Shown piece after piece: positions 40,911-51,226 of a stretch of 62,066 bases of DNA (position 1 is the stretch's first letter; each line of letters opens with the position of its first letter). The stretch lies in the NCBI GenBank assembly GCA_037137535.1, contig JBAXKC010000013.1:1-62066 (forward strand), given 5' to 3'. The notes beneath the pieces were generated by a model that made no database searches, was not told where the DNA came from, and saw only the letters and a program-made list of their open reading frames with translations. The stretch comes from a bacterium (lineage in GTDB: Bacteria > Cyanobacteriota > Vampirovibrionia > Gastranaerophilales > JBAXKC01). The position numbers and the translations under genes are program-made.

Positions 40911-42197
40911 TTAGCCTTTTAAAATTTTGTTCCATTCTTTGGCTGCATCATCTAATGCCTGTTTTGAGCTTTTTTCTTTTAATAAGGCTTTCTGTATTTG
41001 GTTATCAAAGGCTTCAATTAAGTCTTTTTGATTATTTAATATTGGAATTGGTTTAATTGCATTGTTCAACTGTTTTGCACTTATTCCTCTTGCCTTTTCT
41101 ATTAAATTATTTTTATTTACAGTTTTAAAATAATCAGAATTTAAAGCTGATTTAATTGATGGAAGAGTGGGTGTAATCTTAGAAAATGCAAGCTGATTTT
41201 CTTTGTTTGTTAAAAATAAGCTGAAATCTATTGCTTCTTTCGGGTGTTTTGATTTTATCGGAATTACAAGATTCATTATTGAAAAATCTACTTTATTGTT
41301 ACTTCCTTTAATTTGCCCCGAGGCATCAGTATTTACATAGACTAAAGGCGCATCATCTTTTATATTTTTAAGTAAATTCGCTCCTGCAATAATAAAAGCT
41401 GTTTCTCCCGATTCATATCTTTCAAGCGACACTCTATGAGTCTGATTTATAGATTCCGGAGGAATTAAGCCTTTGCTGTATATCTCAACCCATTGGTCAA
41501 GTATTTTAGCCGCTTCGTCTGTATTAAAAAGGGCTTTGTTTTTTTCTTTGTTTACAATGGCTATGTTGTATTTATTGAAAACCTTTAAAAGGTAGCCATC
41601 TTCTGTGAGGTTTGGCAGAAATGCATATTTGCCCGATTTCTTTTTAATTGTTTGAGTTGTATTTATTAGTTCTGAATATGTTTTTGGCGGATTATCCATT
41701 GATAATCCAGATTTTTTAAGTATTTCTTTATTATAAATTGTTACTGATGACGTGATGTACCATGGAATTCCGAAATATTTATCATTTGTTGAGGATGCAC
41801 TCCATGCCGTATCTATATATTCGTTTTTTGTGTTTGTAGGGATTTTATCGTTTAAAGTTAATAAAGCTCCTCTTGATGCCATTGTTGCGGCAAAGCTTGG
41901 ATTCATGTTTATTATATCAGGAGTAGATCCGCTTAAAACTGATGCTAAAGCTCTTTTTTCTCCCTCTGAAAAAGGAACATCTACCCACTTTATTATTATA
42001 TTCGGATGTTTTTTTTCATACTTATTAATTACATTTTGAACAAATTCTTTTTGATTAGATAGTTGTAATGTCCAAAATTCAAGATTGATTTTGTCATTAT
42101 CAACTTTAGATGTTGTGCAACCTGTTAATAGTACACAAAGAAATGTAACAGGTATTAAAAGTTTATTGAAATGTTTCAAAATGTATTTCCTTTGCAA
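40911..42197 (-). CDS. Sugar ABC transporter substrate-binding lipoprotein
   Basis: Lipobox LLTGC; FWTLQL and GIPWY motifs. Confidence 0.88.
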   Translation of the reverse strand: MQRKYILKHFNKLLIPVTFLCVLLTGCTTSKVDNDKINLEFWTLQLSNQKEFVQNVINKYEKKHPNIIIKWVDVPFSEGEKRALASVLSGSTPDIINMNPSFAATMASRGALLTLNDKIPTNTKNEYIDTAWSASSTNDKYFGIPWYITSSVTIYNKEILKKSGLSMDNPPKTYSELINTTQTIKKKSGKYAFLPNLTEDGYLLKVFNKYNIAIVNKEKNKALFNTDEAAKILDQWVEIYSKGLIPPESINQTHRVSLERYESGETAFIIAGANLLKNIKDDAPLVYVNTDASGQIKGSNNKVDFSIMNLVIPIKSKHPKEAIDFSLFLTNKENQLAFSKITPTLPSIKSALNSDYFKTVNKNNLIEKARGISAKQLNNAIKPIPILNNQKDLIEAFDNQIQKALLKEKSSKQALDDAAKEWNKILKG

Positions 42198-42349
42198 AAT
42201 GTAGGTTTACACTTAATTATAGGTGTTTTGATTTTTTTTCGCAAAAAAAATATTGTAACTTTTTTTTAAAATAAGGCAATTTATCGCCAATGATTTTTTT
42301 TATTAATATAAGGGATATTAAACGGGGCAGATCGTTAGGGGGAAATAGC

Positions 42350-43312
42350 GTGACTACTGGAAATACTAATATTATAGCAAACGCATCAACTGCCTTAAGT
42401 AAAGTTTATGCAGGTAAGTTGTCATCAGGTTTGGAAAATATAAATACTGATCCTGTAAAAGGCACAACGCAATTAGCACTGGGTGTTAATAATTTACCAT
42501 TTACATTTAAAACAATGGGGCAATCTTCAGAAATAGCTAAAGATGCTGTCGGTTCAGTACAAAATTATTATCAGGCTGCTAATGGCAGTCCTGTTGAATC
42601 ACTAAAGATGATTAAAGATAGCAAACCTTTATTTAATCCAAAAGTGCTTGATGCTACCAATTATCAAAAATTAGACTCTTTCCACTTTTTCTTTGAAGAT
42701 ACTTTCCTTGGTAAAGCTGTCAGAAATCCTGAACTTGCAGAAAAAATGCCATTATTAGGCAAACTTGGTAATGCGGCACTAGCTATGGATAAGAACTTAT
42801 ACGATGTCTGCGGTGATCAAGTTGTAAAGAAATTAGGCGGATCACTTGTAAAAGAAGAAGTTAATGGTGTTCTGAAAACTGTAGCTGTTGAAAATAGTGC
42901 ACTAGGTGCTTTTGCAGGTAATAGTTTAGCCAAAATCCCTTTAATTGGTGTCGCAATTTCAGCAGCCTTAGAAGTTCCTTCTATTATAAAAGGATTCCAG
43001 AAAAATGACGGCTGGGAACAAGTCGGACGTTCAACTATGAACGTTGCCGCAGGCTCTGTCGGTGCTGCAATCGGTGGAACCTTATTAGCACCTGTTATTC
43101 CTCCAATCGGAACTCTGGTCGGTTGCGCTCTCGGTGGTTGGTTAGGTAGTAAAGTTGCAGGCTTTATGGGCGAAAACTTAATCGGAAAACCAAAAGGCGA
43201 GGAAGAAGAACAACAGCAACCGCTTTCTAAAGAGGAATCAATTGCACAAAATATGATTGAACAACAAAAACAACAATTACTTGAAAGAGAACAAAGAACT
43301 CTTAACGCATAA
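42350..43312 (+). CDS. Hypothetical protein with C-terminal hydrophobic glycine zipper
   Basis: GTG follows AGGGGG; hydrophobic KIPLIGVAISAALEVP and GSVGAAIGG...GCALGGWLG segments; own terminator. Confidence 0.75.
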   Translation: MTTGNTNIIANASTALSKVYAGKLSSGLENINTDPVKGTTQLALGVNNLPFTFKTMGQSSEIAKDAVGSVQNYYQAANGSPVESLKMIKDSKPLFNPKVLDATNYQKLDSFHFFFEDTFLGKAVRNPELAEKMPLLGKLGNAALAMDKNLYDVCGDQVVKKLGGSLVKEEVNGVLKTVAVENSALGAFAGNSLAKIPLIGVAISAALEVPSIIKGFQKNDGWEQVGRSTMNVAAGSVGAAIGGTLLAPVIPPIGTLVGCALGGWLGSKVAGFMGENLIGKPKGEEEEQQQPLSKEESIAQNMIEQQKQQLLEREQRTLNA

Positions 43313-43343
43313 AATTTTATCCCCCAATAATTATCCTCAAAAC

Positions 43344-43369
43344 AGGCTTTTCATAAGCCTTTTTTTTTT
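43344..43369 (+). terminator. Rho-independent terminator
   Basis: AGGCTT...AAGCCT followed by a poly-T tract. Confidence 0.65.
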
Positions 43370-43464
43370 GCTTAAATTTTTACAATATGTCTACTGTTTA
43401 TAAATTAAGGTTTTTGTTAAAATATAAGTGAATTAGTTTGATTAATAGATTGAGAGAATAAAAT

Positions 43465-44280
43465 ATGATACCTCTTTCCAGTATTAAAAAAGAACAAAAT
43501 CAAAATAAACAGATTTTGCTTGATTTGAATTGCGATTTAGGGCAAAGTTTTGGCGTATATAAAAATGAGCTAGAAATGGGACTTCTTCCTTATGTAAGTT
43601 CAGTAAGTGTTTCTTGCGGCGGACATGCAGGTGATCCTGTTACTTTGATGAGAGTTTTAAAAATTGCAAAAGAAAAAAATATTGCAGTTGGCGCTCACAT
43701 TGGATACCCCGATTTACAAGGGTTTGGCTACAGATTAATGCAGCTAAATGATGAAGAAATGCAATCGCTTGTTCTTTATCAATTGGGTGCTTTATATGCT
43801 ATGGCTAAAGCCTATGAAGTTACTATAGAACACGTCAGACCTCATGGAGCTTTATATGTTCAGGCATGTCAGGATGAAAAAGTTGCTGTCTCTTTATGTA
43901 AGGCTATTATGCAATTTGATAAATGGCTTATTTTAGTCGCTGCTCCATCAAAAGCACTTTATGTAGCTTCTGAACAAACAGGATTAAGATATGCTCCCGA
44001 GTTATTGCTGGATAAAAAATATGATGTAGACGGCTGTGTTGACTTTGATGCAGGAAATGTTGACGATGAAGCATATCAGTTATCATTATTAGAAACAGCT
44101 ATAAAAGAATTAAGTGTAAAAAATACGAGTGGCGGCAAGACAAAACTCGACTTGAAATCAATACATTTAACCGTAAAAGATGAGAAGTCCATCGAGCTTG
44201 CTAAAAGGGCTAAAACCCTTATTGGTCAGCCTATGCCTATTCCTGTTAATTTTGTAGGCAACAGTGGTTGGGTATTGTAA
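43465..44280 (+). CDS. pxpA: LamB/YcsF (PxpA) family protein
   Basis: DLNCDLGQSFG, CGGHAGDP, GAHIGYPDLQGFG and HVRPHGALY motifs. Confidence 0.82.
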   Translation: MIPLSSIKKEQNQNKQILLDLNCDLGQSFGVYKNELEMGLLPYVSSVSVSCGGHAGDPVTLMRVLKIAKEKNIAVGAHIGYPDLQGFGYRLMQLNDEEMQSLVLYQLGALYAMAKAYEVTIEHVRPHGALYVQACQDEKVAVSLCKAIMQFDKWLILVAAPSKALYVASEQTGLRYAPELLLDKKYDVDGCVDFDAGNVDDEAYQLSLLETAIKELSVKNTSGGKTKLDLKSIHLTVKDEKSIELAKRAKTLIGQPMPIPVNFVGNSGWVL

Positions 44281-44385
44281 TTTGTATAGTATTTGAATTT
44301 GTGTATCAATTATGTGAGTTTATAAGAAAAATTGTAGGATTTAATTTTTTAGTATTATAAACTTAAATAAATTAGCAAGTTAATT

Positions 44386-45726
44386 GTGTTACGAGGTCTA
44401 TTAAAATTGAAACTTCAAAGATATAAAAGAGTTCCTAAAATGGCGACATGGTTGTTGCCTGGATTAAGAATAAAAAGATGGTTTTTACTTACATTTACGG
44501 GAACAATGTTCATATGCATGGGCGCTCTTATATTGCTTGATTTTCACCCGATTCACTCCTCTATTGAACTTTTAAGAATTGTAGCAGAGCATGTTTCACC
44601 GCTTTGGACAGGTACAGTAGCTGTTTTAATTGGTTTAACAGTATTTACTTTAGGCTTTAAAAATGCTAATTCAACTATTATTGAGGCAATTGTTCCATCT
44701 GATAATTACCAGATACTTGAAAGTTTATATAGAAAAAGAAAACTGAGCAAAGGTCCTAAAATCGTTGCTTTAGGTGGTGGTACAGGACTTTCTACAATCT
44801 TAAAAGGTTTGAAACATATAACAAATAATATTACTGCTATAGTTACCGTTGGTGATGACGGCGGAAGTTCGGGCAGATTAAGAGAAGAAATGGGTGTTTT
44901 ACCCCCAGGTGATATCAGAAACTGTATAGCTGCTTTAGCAGATGAAGAAAAACTTGTAACAGAGTTATTTCAATATAGATTCAGTTCGGGAAGCGGTTTA
45001 GACGGTCATAGCTTCGGTAATCTCTTTCTGTCAGCGTTATGCGCAATTACAGGCGATATGGTAAGTGCAGTTAAAGAGTCCTCAAAGGTTTTACAAATCA
45101 GAGGGAAAGTTCTTCCTTCTACTCTTGCCGATATGAGATTATGCGCAGAGCTTGAGGACGGAAGAGTTATTCAGGGCGAATCTAATATTCCTGAAGCTAA
45201 AGGCAAAATTAAAAGACTTTTTGTTGAGCCTAAAAACCTTGAGCCGCAAGAAGATGTTATAAATGAAATAAATGAAGCCGATTTAATTATCTTAGCTCCG
45301 GGAAGTCTTTATACAAGCGTAATACCGAATCTTCTTATCAGTAAAATAACTGAAGCTATTTCAAAATCAAGTGCTAAGAAAATATATATCTGTAATGTTA
45401 TGACTCAACCGGGTGAAACGGACAATTATACTGTTTCTGATCATATTGAAGCAATTTTGACTCATTCAATACATAAAAATGTTATAGATACTGTAATTGT
45501 TAATGATTCATTGCCTAAAAACCTTGCACAGAAATATAAAGCAGTTAATTCCGTTCCTGTTAAGCTTGATGTTGAAAAAATCAAGAAACTGGGAATTAAA
45601 GTTGTAAAAAATCGTCTAATCGAAGAAAATAAGGACGGTTTAGTAAGACATAGTCCTAGACGACTTGCTAGAGCGATTTATCACTGGTATAAAACTATTG
45701 ATAGCAGTAATTTTGAAGAAGAATAA
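44386..45726 (+). CDS. yvcK: YvcK/GlmR family uridine-sugar-binding protein with N-terminal membrane domain
   Basis: GGGTGLS, DDGGSSGRLR, PPGDIRNC, GHSFGNL and PGSLYTS motifs; WLLPGLRIKRW N-domain. Confidence 0.9.
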   Translation: MLRGLLKLKLQRYKRVPKMATWLLPGLRIKRWFLLTFTGTMFICMGALILLDFHPIHSSIELLRIVAEHVSPLWTGTVAVLIGLTVFTLGFKNANSTIIEAIVPSDNYQILESLYRKRKLSKGPKIVALGGGTGLSTILKGLKHITNNITAIVTVGDDGGSSGRLREEMGVLPPGDIRNCIAALADEEKLVTELFQYRFSSGSGLDGHSFGNLFLSALCAITGDMVSAVKESSKVLQIRGKVLPSTLADMRLCAELEDGRVIQGESNIPEAKGKIKRLFVEPKNLEPQEDVINEINEADLIILAPGSLYTSVIPNLLISKITEAISKSSAKKIYICNVMTQPGETDNYTVSDHIEAILTHSIHKNVIDTVIVNDSLPKNLAQKYKAVNSVPVKLDVEKIKKLGIKVVKNRLIEENKDGLVRHSPRRLARAIYHWYKTIDSSNFEEE

Positions 45727-45728
45727 AA

Positions 45729-46571
45729 ATGGCTGTAACTATAAAAACAATAAATAAATATTACAATGAGGGCAGAAAAATTACTGCCCTTACTGCGTAT
45801 GACTATTCTGCCGCTAAAGTGCTTGATGAACAAGGTATAGACATTATTCTAGTTGGTGATTCACTAGCTATGGTTGCTCTTGGTCATCCCAGTACACATT
45901 ATATTACTATGGAAGAGATGCTTCACCATTCTAAAGCTGTTAAAAGAGGTGTTAATAGCTCTTTTATCGTTTCTGATATGCCTTTTATGAGTTATCATTC
46001 TGATTTGAATGATGCCATTAATAATGCAGGCAGATTTATAAAAGAAGCAGGTGTTTCTGCCGTTAAAATTGAAGGTGCATCTGAACATACGCTTTTGGTA
46101 ATTAAAAGATGCGTTGAAGCAGGTATTCCCGTAATGGGGCATTTAGGCTTCACCCCACAGTTTTTACATACAATAGGCGGATATAATGTTCAAGGGAAAA
46201 ACTTGGAATCAACTCAGAAAATATTAGAAGATGCCAAAAAATTGCAGGATGTTGGTGTCTTTTCAATAGTTCTGGAAATGGTTCCTGAAGAATCCGCTAG
46301 ATTTATAACTGAAAATATTAACGTTCCGACTATAGGAATTGGTGCGGGAAGATATTGCTCGGGGCAAGTATTGGTAACTGATGATTTAATTGGTAAATAT
46401 GCTGATTTTACTCCCAAATTTGCTAAAAAATATGGCGATATAGCTTCAGTAATTAAAAATGCTGTTATCAATTATAAAAATGATGTTATTTCTGAAACTT
46501 TTCCATCAGAAAATGAGATTTTTAGCTTGAATGAACAAGAAAGAGAGAAACTTTCAAATGCAAAGCACTAG
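45729..46571 (+). CDS. panB: 3-methyl-2-oxobutanoate hydroxymethyltransferase
   Basis: LTAYD, LVGDSL, DMPFMSY, VKIEG and GHLGFTPQ motifs. Confidence 0.96.
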   Translation: MAVTIKTINKYYNEGRKITALTAYDYSAAKVLDEQGIDIILVGDSLAMVALGHPSTHYITMEEMLHHSKAVKRGVNSSFIVSDMPFMSYHSDLNDAINNAGRFIKEAGVSAVKIEGASEHTLLVIKRCVEAGIPVMGHLGFTPQFLHTIGGYNVQGKNLESTQKILEDAKKLQDVGVFSIVLEMVPEESARFITENINVPTIGIGAGRYCSGQVLVTDDLIGKYADFTPKFAKKYGDIASVIKNAVINYKNDVISETFPSENEIFSLNEQEREKLSNAKH

Positions 46572-47415
46572 TGTGAAATTATTAACAACTAAAATTGATG
46601 TTAAAGAATATGTAAAAAATGCTAAAGCTGACGGAAAGACCGTTGGATTTGTTCCGACTATGGGAGCATTACATGAAGGACATGAAAGCCTTATAACATG
46701 TGCTATTCAAGATACTGACGAAGTTATTGTAAGTATTTTCGTTAATCCTACACAGTTTGGACCTAATGAAGATTTTGACAAGTACCCGAGACAATTGGAA
46801 AAAGATATTGCACGTTGTGAAAAACTCGGTGTTAAAGCTATATTTGCACCAACTCCTGAAGAAATGTATTCGGATAAAAATAATTTAACTCTTGTACTTC
46901 CATCAGAAAAGTTGAAAAATAAAATGTGTGGAAAGACTAGAGCAGGACATTTTGACGGAGTAGCAACAGTTGTATTAAAGTTATTTAATATCGTTCAGCC
47001 TGATGCTGCTTATTTTGGGCAAAAAGATGCTCAACAGCTTTTTATAATTAATAAAATGGTAAAAGATCTTGATATTCCCGTTAATATTGTTGGATGCCCT
47101 ATTGTCAGAGATGAAAACGGTTTGGCTTTAAGCTCAAGAAATGCTTATTTATCGGAAAATGCTAAAATTAAGGCTCTAACTATATCTAAAACACTAATTA
47201 ATATTCAAAATTATTATGTAGGTGGAAAACTTATGGATATTGATACTGTTATGGCAATAGCAAAGGATACTTTAGACAGTTTAATTACTCTCGAATATCT
47301 TGAAATATATGATTATAATACCTTGTTGCCTGTAACAACCGTAGGAGCTGACACTCTCGTTGCAATTGCTGTGAAAATTGACGGTATTAGGTTAATTGAT
47401 AATATTTTGATTTAA
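46558..47415 (+). CDS. panC: Pantoate-beta-alanine ligase
   Basis: PTMGALHEGH, FGQKDAQQ, GLALSSRN and RLIDN motifs. Confidence 0.96.
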   Translation: MQSTSVKLLTTKIDVKEYVKNAKADGKTVGFVPTMGALHEGHESLITCAIQDTDEVIVSIFVNPTQFGPNEDFDKYPRQLEKDIARCEKLGVKAIFAPTPEEMYSDKNNLTLVLPSEKLKNKMCGKTRAGHFDGVATVVLKLFNIVQPDAAYFGQKDAQQLFIINKMVKDLDIPVNIVGCPIVRDENGLALSSRNAYLSENAKIKALTISKTLINIQNYYVGGKLMDIDTVMAIAKDTLDSLITLEYLEIYDYNTLLPVTTVGADTLVAIAVKIDGIRLIDNILI

Positions 47416-47954
47416 GTTTTTTGTTTTATTCCCTCAATAGCTTTTATTATTTGACAGTCATAATCTAATGCATCAAGAATAACAAAGCCTTCAATAGTTG
47501 CGAGCGCTATTGCGGATACTTGGTCTTTTTCCTCTTCATTATTAACTTGAATCGCAGTATTAATCCAGCTTATAAAACTATTACAAATTTGCCTGCTAAT
47601 CGAATAAAATGGTTCTTCCTTTTTTGAGGAAAGTGCAATTAATTCAATCCAAAGTTTTATATATGGTTTTATTTGTGTTTCTTTCATTTCCTTATAAAGA
47701 TATGGTATTAGGCTGTAAAAAGGCATTTTTTCTGTGCGGGTTTTTTCTAATAAATTTATAAAGTTTTCTGTAATATATGTTAGCGTTAGCGTAAGCATTT
47801 CCTCTTTGTCTTTAAAGTAATGCAGTAACATTCTATCGCTCGTTTTTGCGGCATCGGCAAGGTTTTTGAGGCTTGCATTTTTTATACCGTTTTCTAGTAT
47901 ATATTCCCCAATTATTTTAATTATAATAAGTTTTTTTAGCTCAAATTTTTTCAT
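47412..47954 (-). CDS. TetR family transcriptional regulator
   Basis: HTH ASLKNLADAAKTSDRMLLHYFKDKEEML. Confidence 0.88.
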   Translation of the reverse strand: MKKFELKKLIIIKIIGEYILENGIKNASLKNLADAAKTSDRMLLHYFKDKEEMLTLTLTYITENFINLLEKTRTEKMPFYSLIPYLYKEMKETQIKPYIKLWIELIALSSKKEEPFYSISRQICNSFISWINTAIQVNNEEEKDQVSAIALATIEGFVILDALDYDCQIIKAIEGIKQKT

Positions 47955-47985
47955 TTTGTATTTACATTCATATCCTTGTCTTTTA

Positions 47986-48025
47986 TGTAGTATATGCTAC
48001 AATATTTTATGTAGCAACCATTACA
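47986..48025. promoter_or_regulatory. Two probable TetR operators
   Basis: TGTAG-N6-CTACA (47986-48001) and TGTAG-N6-TTACA (48010-48025) in the divergent intergenic region. Confidence 0.55.
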
Positions 48026-48044
48026 TGAATTTTTTGGAGGTTTT

Positions 48045-48398
48045 ATGTCTACTGAAAATAATCAAACGGTTAAGTGTCAATGCGGAATAAGTGAATTTGG
48101 TTTTTTAAAACCTGCTAAAATAGCAATTATTATCGTATTGTTATTATTTTCTGTTTTAACGTTTCTTGCTCTTAGAAGTTATGGCTTTTTAGGTATTTTT
48201 AAATTAGAGTTTCAAAATTTTGGAACAATGCAGGTGTTTGCTGATTTGATTATTTCTTCAATTCTTGTACTTTTTTGGATAAAATCTGATTCAAAAAAAA
48301 ATAATCGTTTATTTTGGCCATGGGCTTTGCTTACTCTTGCAATTGGGTCATTCGGTCCTCTTTTATACTTATTATTCAGTAAGTCAGAGAAGAAGTAG
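48045..48398 (+). CDS. Small membrane protein, DUF2834-like
   Basis: Three TMs; QVFADL and GSFGPLLYL motifs; divergent from tetR. Confidence 0.65.
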   Translation: MSTENNQTVKCQCGISEFGFLKPAKIAIIIVLLLFSVLTFLALRSYGFLGIFKLEFQNFGTMQVFADLIISSILVLFWIKSDSKKNNRLFWPWALLTLAIGSFGPLLYLLFSKSEKK

Positions 48399-48553
48399 TT
48401 TTATATTTTTTTCTTTTAATGGGTGGGATTTATCTCACCTATTAATTTTTTTGTTAATTTTTATGGATACTTTTACCTGTAAAGCGAATTATATTACCTT
48501 ACAAAGTTATTTTATGCTACTATAATTACGTTTACACTGGGTGAGGTGGATTT

Positions 48554-49159
48554 ATGGCTAATTTAATAACAATTTTAAGAGCAATTTTGGGCTTTGTCGC
48601 AATTGCTGCATTATATCAACATTCAACATTTAATTATATTTTTGCATTTATATTAACGATTTTAGTTATTTGGATGGATGGATTAGATGGTTATGTTGCC
48701 AGAAAATTAAATGAATCCTCTAAATTTGGTGCTTTATTAGATATTTTAGGCGATAGAATTGTAGAAAATGCTTACTGGATTGCTTTCTTATCATTAGGTT
48801 GGCTTCCTGTTTGGGTTCCGCTTGTCGTTGTTTCAAGAGGGTTAATTACAGACAGTTTAAGATCAGTAGCTTTTGAACAAGGTTATACAGCCTTTGGCAG
48901 CTCAACAATGATGGAAAATCCTATCGGTAAATTTATCGTTGCTTCAAATTTCAGCAGATTTTCTTATGCAATATTTAAAGCATTAGCTTTTGCTTTATTA
49001 ATTGTGGCTCATATTCCTGCTGAATATAAATATAAATCGATTGTAAGTTTTGCAGGCTATTTTTCAGCTTATTTCTCAATATTTTTCTGTGTAGTTAGAG
49101 GATTGCCTGTTATTATTGAAAGTAAAAGGTTTATATTTACTAATGAATCAGCAAAATAA
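48554..49159 (+). CDS. CDP-alcohol phosphatidyltransferase (PgsA-like)
   Basis: DGLDGYVAR...FGALLDILGD motif. Confidence 0.88.
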   Translation: MANLITILRAILGFVAIAALYQHSTFNYIFAFILTILVIWMDGLDGYVARKLNESSKFGALLDILGDRIVENAYWIAFLSLGWLPVWVPLVVVSRGLITDSLRSVAFEQGYTAFGSSTMMENPIGKFIVASNFSRFSYAIFKALAFALLIVAHIPAEYKYKSIVSFAGYFSAYFSIFFCVVRGLPVIIESKRFIFTNESAK

Positions 49160-49616
49160 AAGCTTCAATATTGTTCTTTTTCAGCCCGAAATACCGCAAA
49201 ATACAGGGAATATCGTAAGGCTTTGCTCATGCACTAACAGTAAACTTTATTTAGTCGGTAAATTGGGTTTTCAGTTGACTGATAAATATTTGAAAAGAGC
49301 GGGACTTGATTATTGGGATGATGTTGATATTAAACAAATACCTACTTTAGAGGAATTAATTGAGAATAATTCGGGTAGTAATTTTTATTATTTGACAACT
49401 AAAACAAAAAGTAGTTTTACTGATATAAAATTTAAAGATGGAGATTTTCTTGTTTTTGGAAGTGAAACAAAAGGTCTTCCTTCTGAAATAATTGAAGCAA
49501 ATCCTGATAAAACGCTTACTATTCCAATGTTTATAGGGAAACGAAGTTTAAATCTTTCAAATTCAGTTTCAATAGTATTATATGAAGCATTAAGACAAAA
49601 TAATTTTTGGGATTAA
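49143..49616 (+). CDS. trmL: tRNA (cytidine(34)-2'-O)-methyltransferase
   Basis: PEIPQNTGNI, KRAGLDYW, FGSETKGL and RSLNLSN motifs. Confidence 0.94.
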   Translation: MNQQNKSFNIVLFQPEIPQNTGNIVRLCSCTNSKLYLVGKLGFQLTDKYLKRAGLDYWDDVDIKQIPTLEELIENNSGSNFYYLTTKTKSSFTDIKFKDGDFLVFGSETKGLPSEIIEANPDKTLTIPMFIGKRSLNLSNSVSIVLYEALRQNNFWD

Positions 49617-49621
49617 CAACT

Positions 49622-50665
49622 ATGAATGAAGTATATCGAATAATTGATGCTAATTTAAACCGAATCACCGAAGCATTAAGAGTTTTAGAGGAAATATCAC
49701 GTTTTATCTTAAACGATAAAGAAATTTCGGAAAAATTTAAAAATGACAGGCATAAATTAGCGACTTATGTAGATAGAAATTATTCTATACTTTTAGATTC
49801 CCGTGATACAGTCAATGATGTTGGTGTCGGAATATTTAATCCTACATCAAAAAAGTCATTAATGGATGTTTTTAAAGCTAATGTTAAAAGATTACAGCAA
49901 TGTTTAAGAGTTTTAGCTGAATATTATTCAATATTAGGCGAAGATAATGCTGCTTTTGAGCAAATGAGGTATGAAAGTTATACAATGGAAAAAGTTATGT
50001 TTGATAAATTGTCTAAGAAAGTTAATTTGCATAAATTATCTGATAAAAAGTTATATTTAGTTACGGATAGAAATAAATTTGCTGATGATAATGCATTTTT
50101 AGATGCACTTGCAGCTGCTTTAAAAGGTGGAGTGCAAATAGTTCAGTTGAGAGAAAAAACTGCTACGGCAAAAGAAATAGTAAATTTAGCGCAAAAAGTC
50201 AAAGAGTTATGTGGACATTTTAATGCTTTGTTTATTATAAATGATAGGGTTGATATTGCTCAAATAGTCGGTGTTGACGGTGTTCATCTGGGACAGGATG
50301 ATATAGACATTCATTCTGCAAGAAAATTATTAGGTAATGATGTAATTATAGGTATCTCCACTCATGAGCCAAAACATGCACTAAAAGCTGTTGAAGATGG
50401 AGCTGATTATATTGGAGTCGGACCTGTGTTTGAAACACCTACAAAACCTGGTAAAAAATCGGTTGGTCTTGAATATGTTGAATGGGCAACGCAAAACGTT
50501 AATATTCCATGGTATGCAATCGGTGGGATTGATTTAACCAATGTTTCAGAGGTTGTAGCGCATGGGGCAACTCGAACAGCTGTTGTTAGAGCAATTATTA
50601 ATGCAGAAAATCCTGAAGCTCAAGCTAAAGAATTTATAGTTAAACTTAATTCTAAAAGTAATTAA
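49622..50665 (+). CDS. thiE: Thiamine-phosphate synthase with N-terminal ThiD2-like domain
   Basis: RIIDANLNR..EALRVLEE N-domain; QLREK, NDR, GVHLGQDD and TPTK motifs. Confidence 0.92.
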   Translation: MNEVYRIIDANLNRITEALRVLEEISRFILNDKEISEKFKNDRHKLATYVDRNYSILLDSRDTVNDVGVGIFNPTSKKSLMDVFKANVKRLQQCLRVLAEYYSILGEDNAAFEQMRYESYTMEKVMFDKLSKKVNLHKLSDKKLYLVTDRNKFADDNAFLDALAAALKGGVQIVQLREKTATAKEIVNLAQKVKELCGHFNALFIINDRVDIAQIVGVDGVHLGQDDIDIHSARKLLGNDVIIGISTHEPKHALKAVEDGADYIGVGPVFETPTKPGKKSVGLEYVEWATQNVNIPWYAIGGIDLTNVSEVVAHGATRTAVVRAIINAENPEAQAKEFIVKLNSKSN

Positions 50666-50715
50666 TTTGAGTTTTTTAAAACAAATTTATATTAAGGGTT
50701 AAAAATCGAGGGAAA

Positions 50716-51171
50716 ATGAACATTTGGATTGATGCTGATGCATGTCCTGCTGAAATAAGAGATATTATTATAAAAGCGGCTCATAAAAGAGCTATATCGG
50801 CTATTTTTGTTTCAAATAAGCTCATGGCTATACCTGAGTCTCCATATTTGAGTTTTATTAAAGTAGAACAAGGGGCAGATGTGGCAGACCAATATATTGC
50901 GGAAAATGTCAGCAGTAAAGATTTAGTCATAACTCAAGATATTCCTTTAGCTGCAATAATTGTCCCAATGGGCGCTGTTGTTATAAGTTTTCATGGCGAT
51001 CTTTTTACGGAGTCAAATATTGGTGAACGCCTTTCTGTTCGTAATTTTATGACTGAATTGAGAGAAACAGGTGTTCAGACTTATGGCCCAAAACCTTTTA
51101 ATGACAAGATTAAACAGAAGTTTGCAAATACTTTTGATCAGCAATTAGTAAAATTAATGAAATATATGTAA
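50716..51171 (+). CDS. yaiI: YaiI/YqxD (DUF188) family protein
   Basis: IWIDADACP and DLVITQDIPLAA motifs. Confidence 0.9.
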   Translation: MNIWIDADACPAEIRDIIIKAAHKRAISAIFVSNKLMAIPESPYLSFIKVEQGADVADQYIAENVSSKDLVITQDIPLAAIIVPMGAVVISFHGDLFTESNIGERLSVRNFMTELRETGVQTYGPKPFNDKIKQKFANTFDQQLVKLMKYM

Positions 51172-51226
51172 TAATTAGTTAGCAGACAGATTGTTGAAAA
51201 TATTAGAGTTTTAAGTTTGGAATTTT

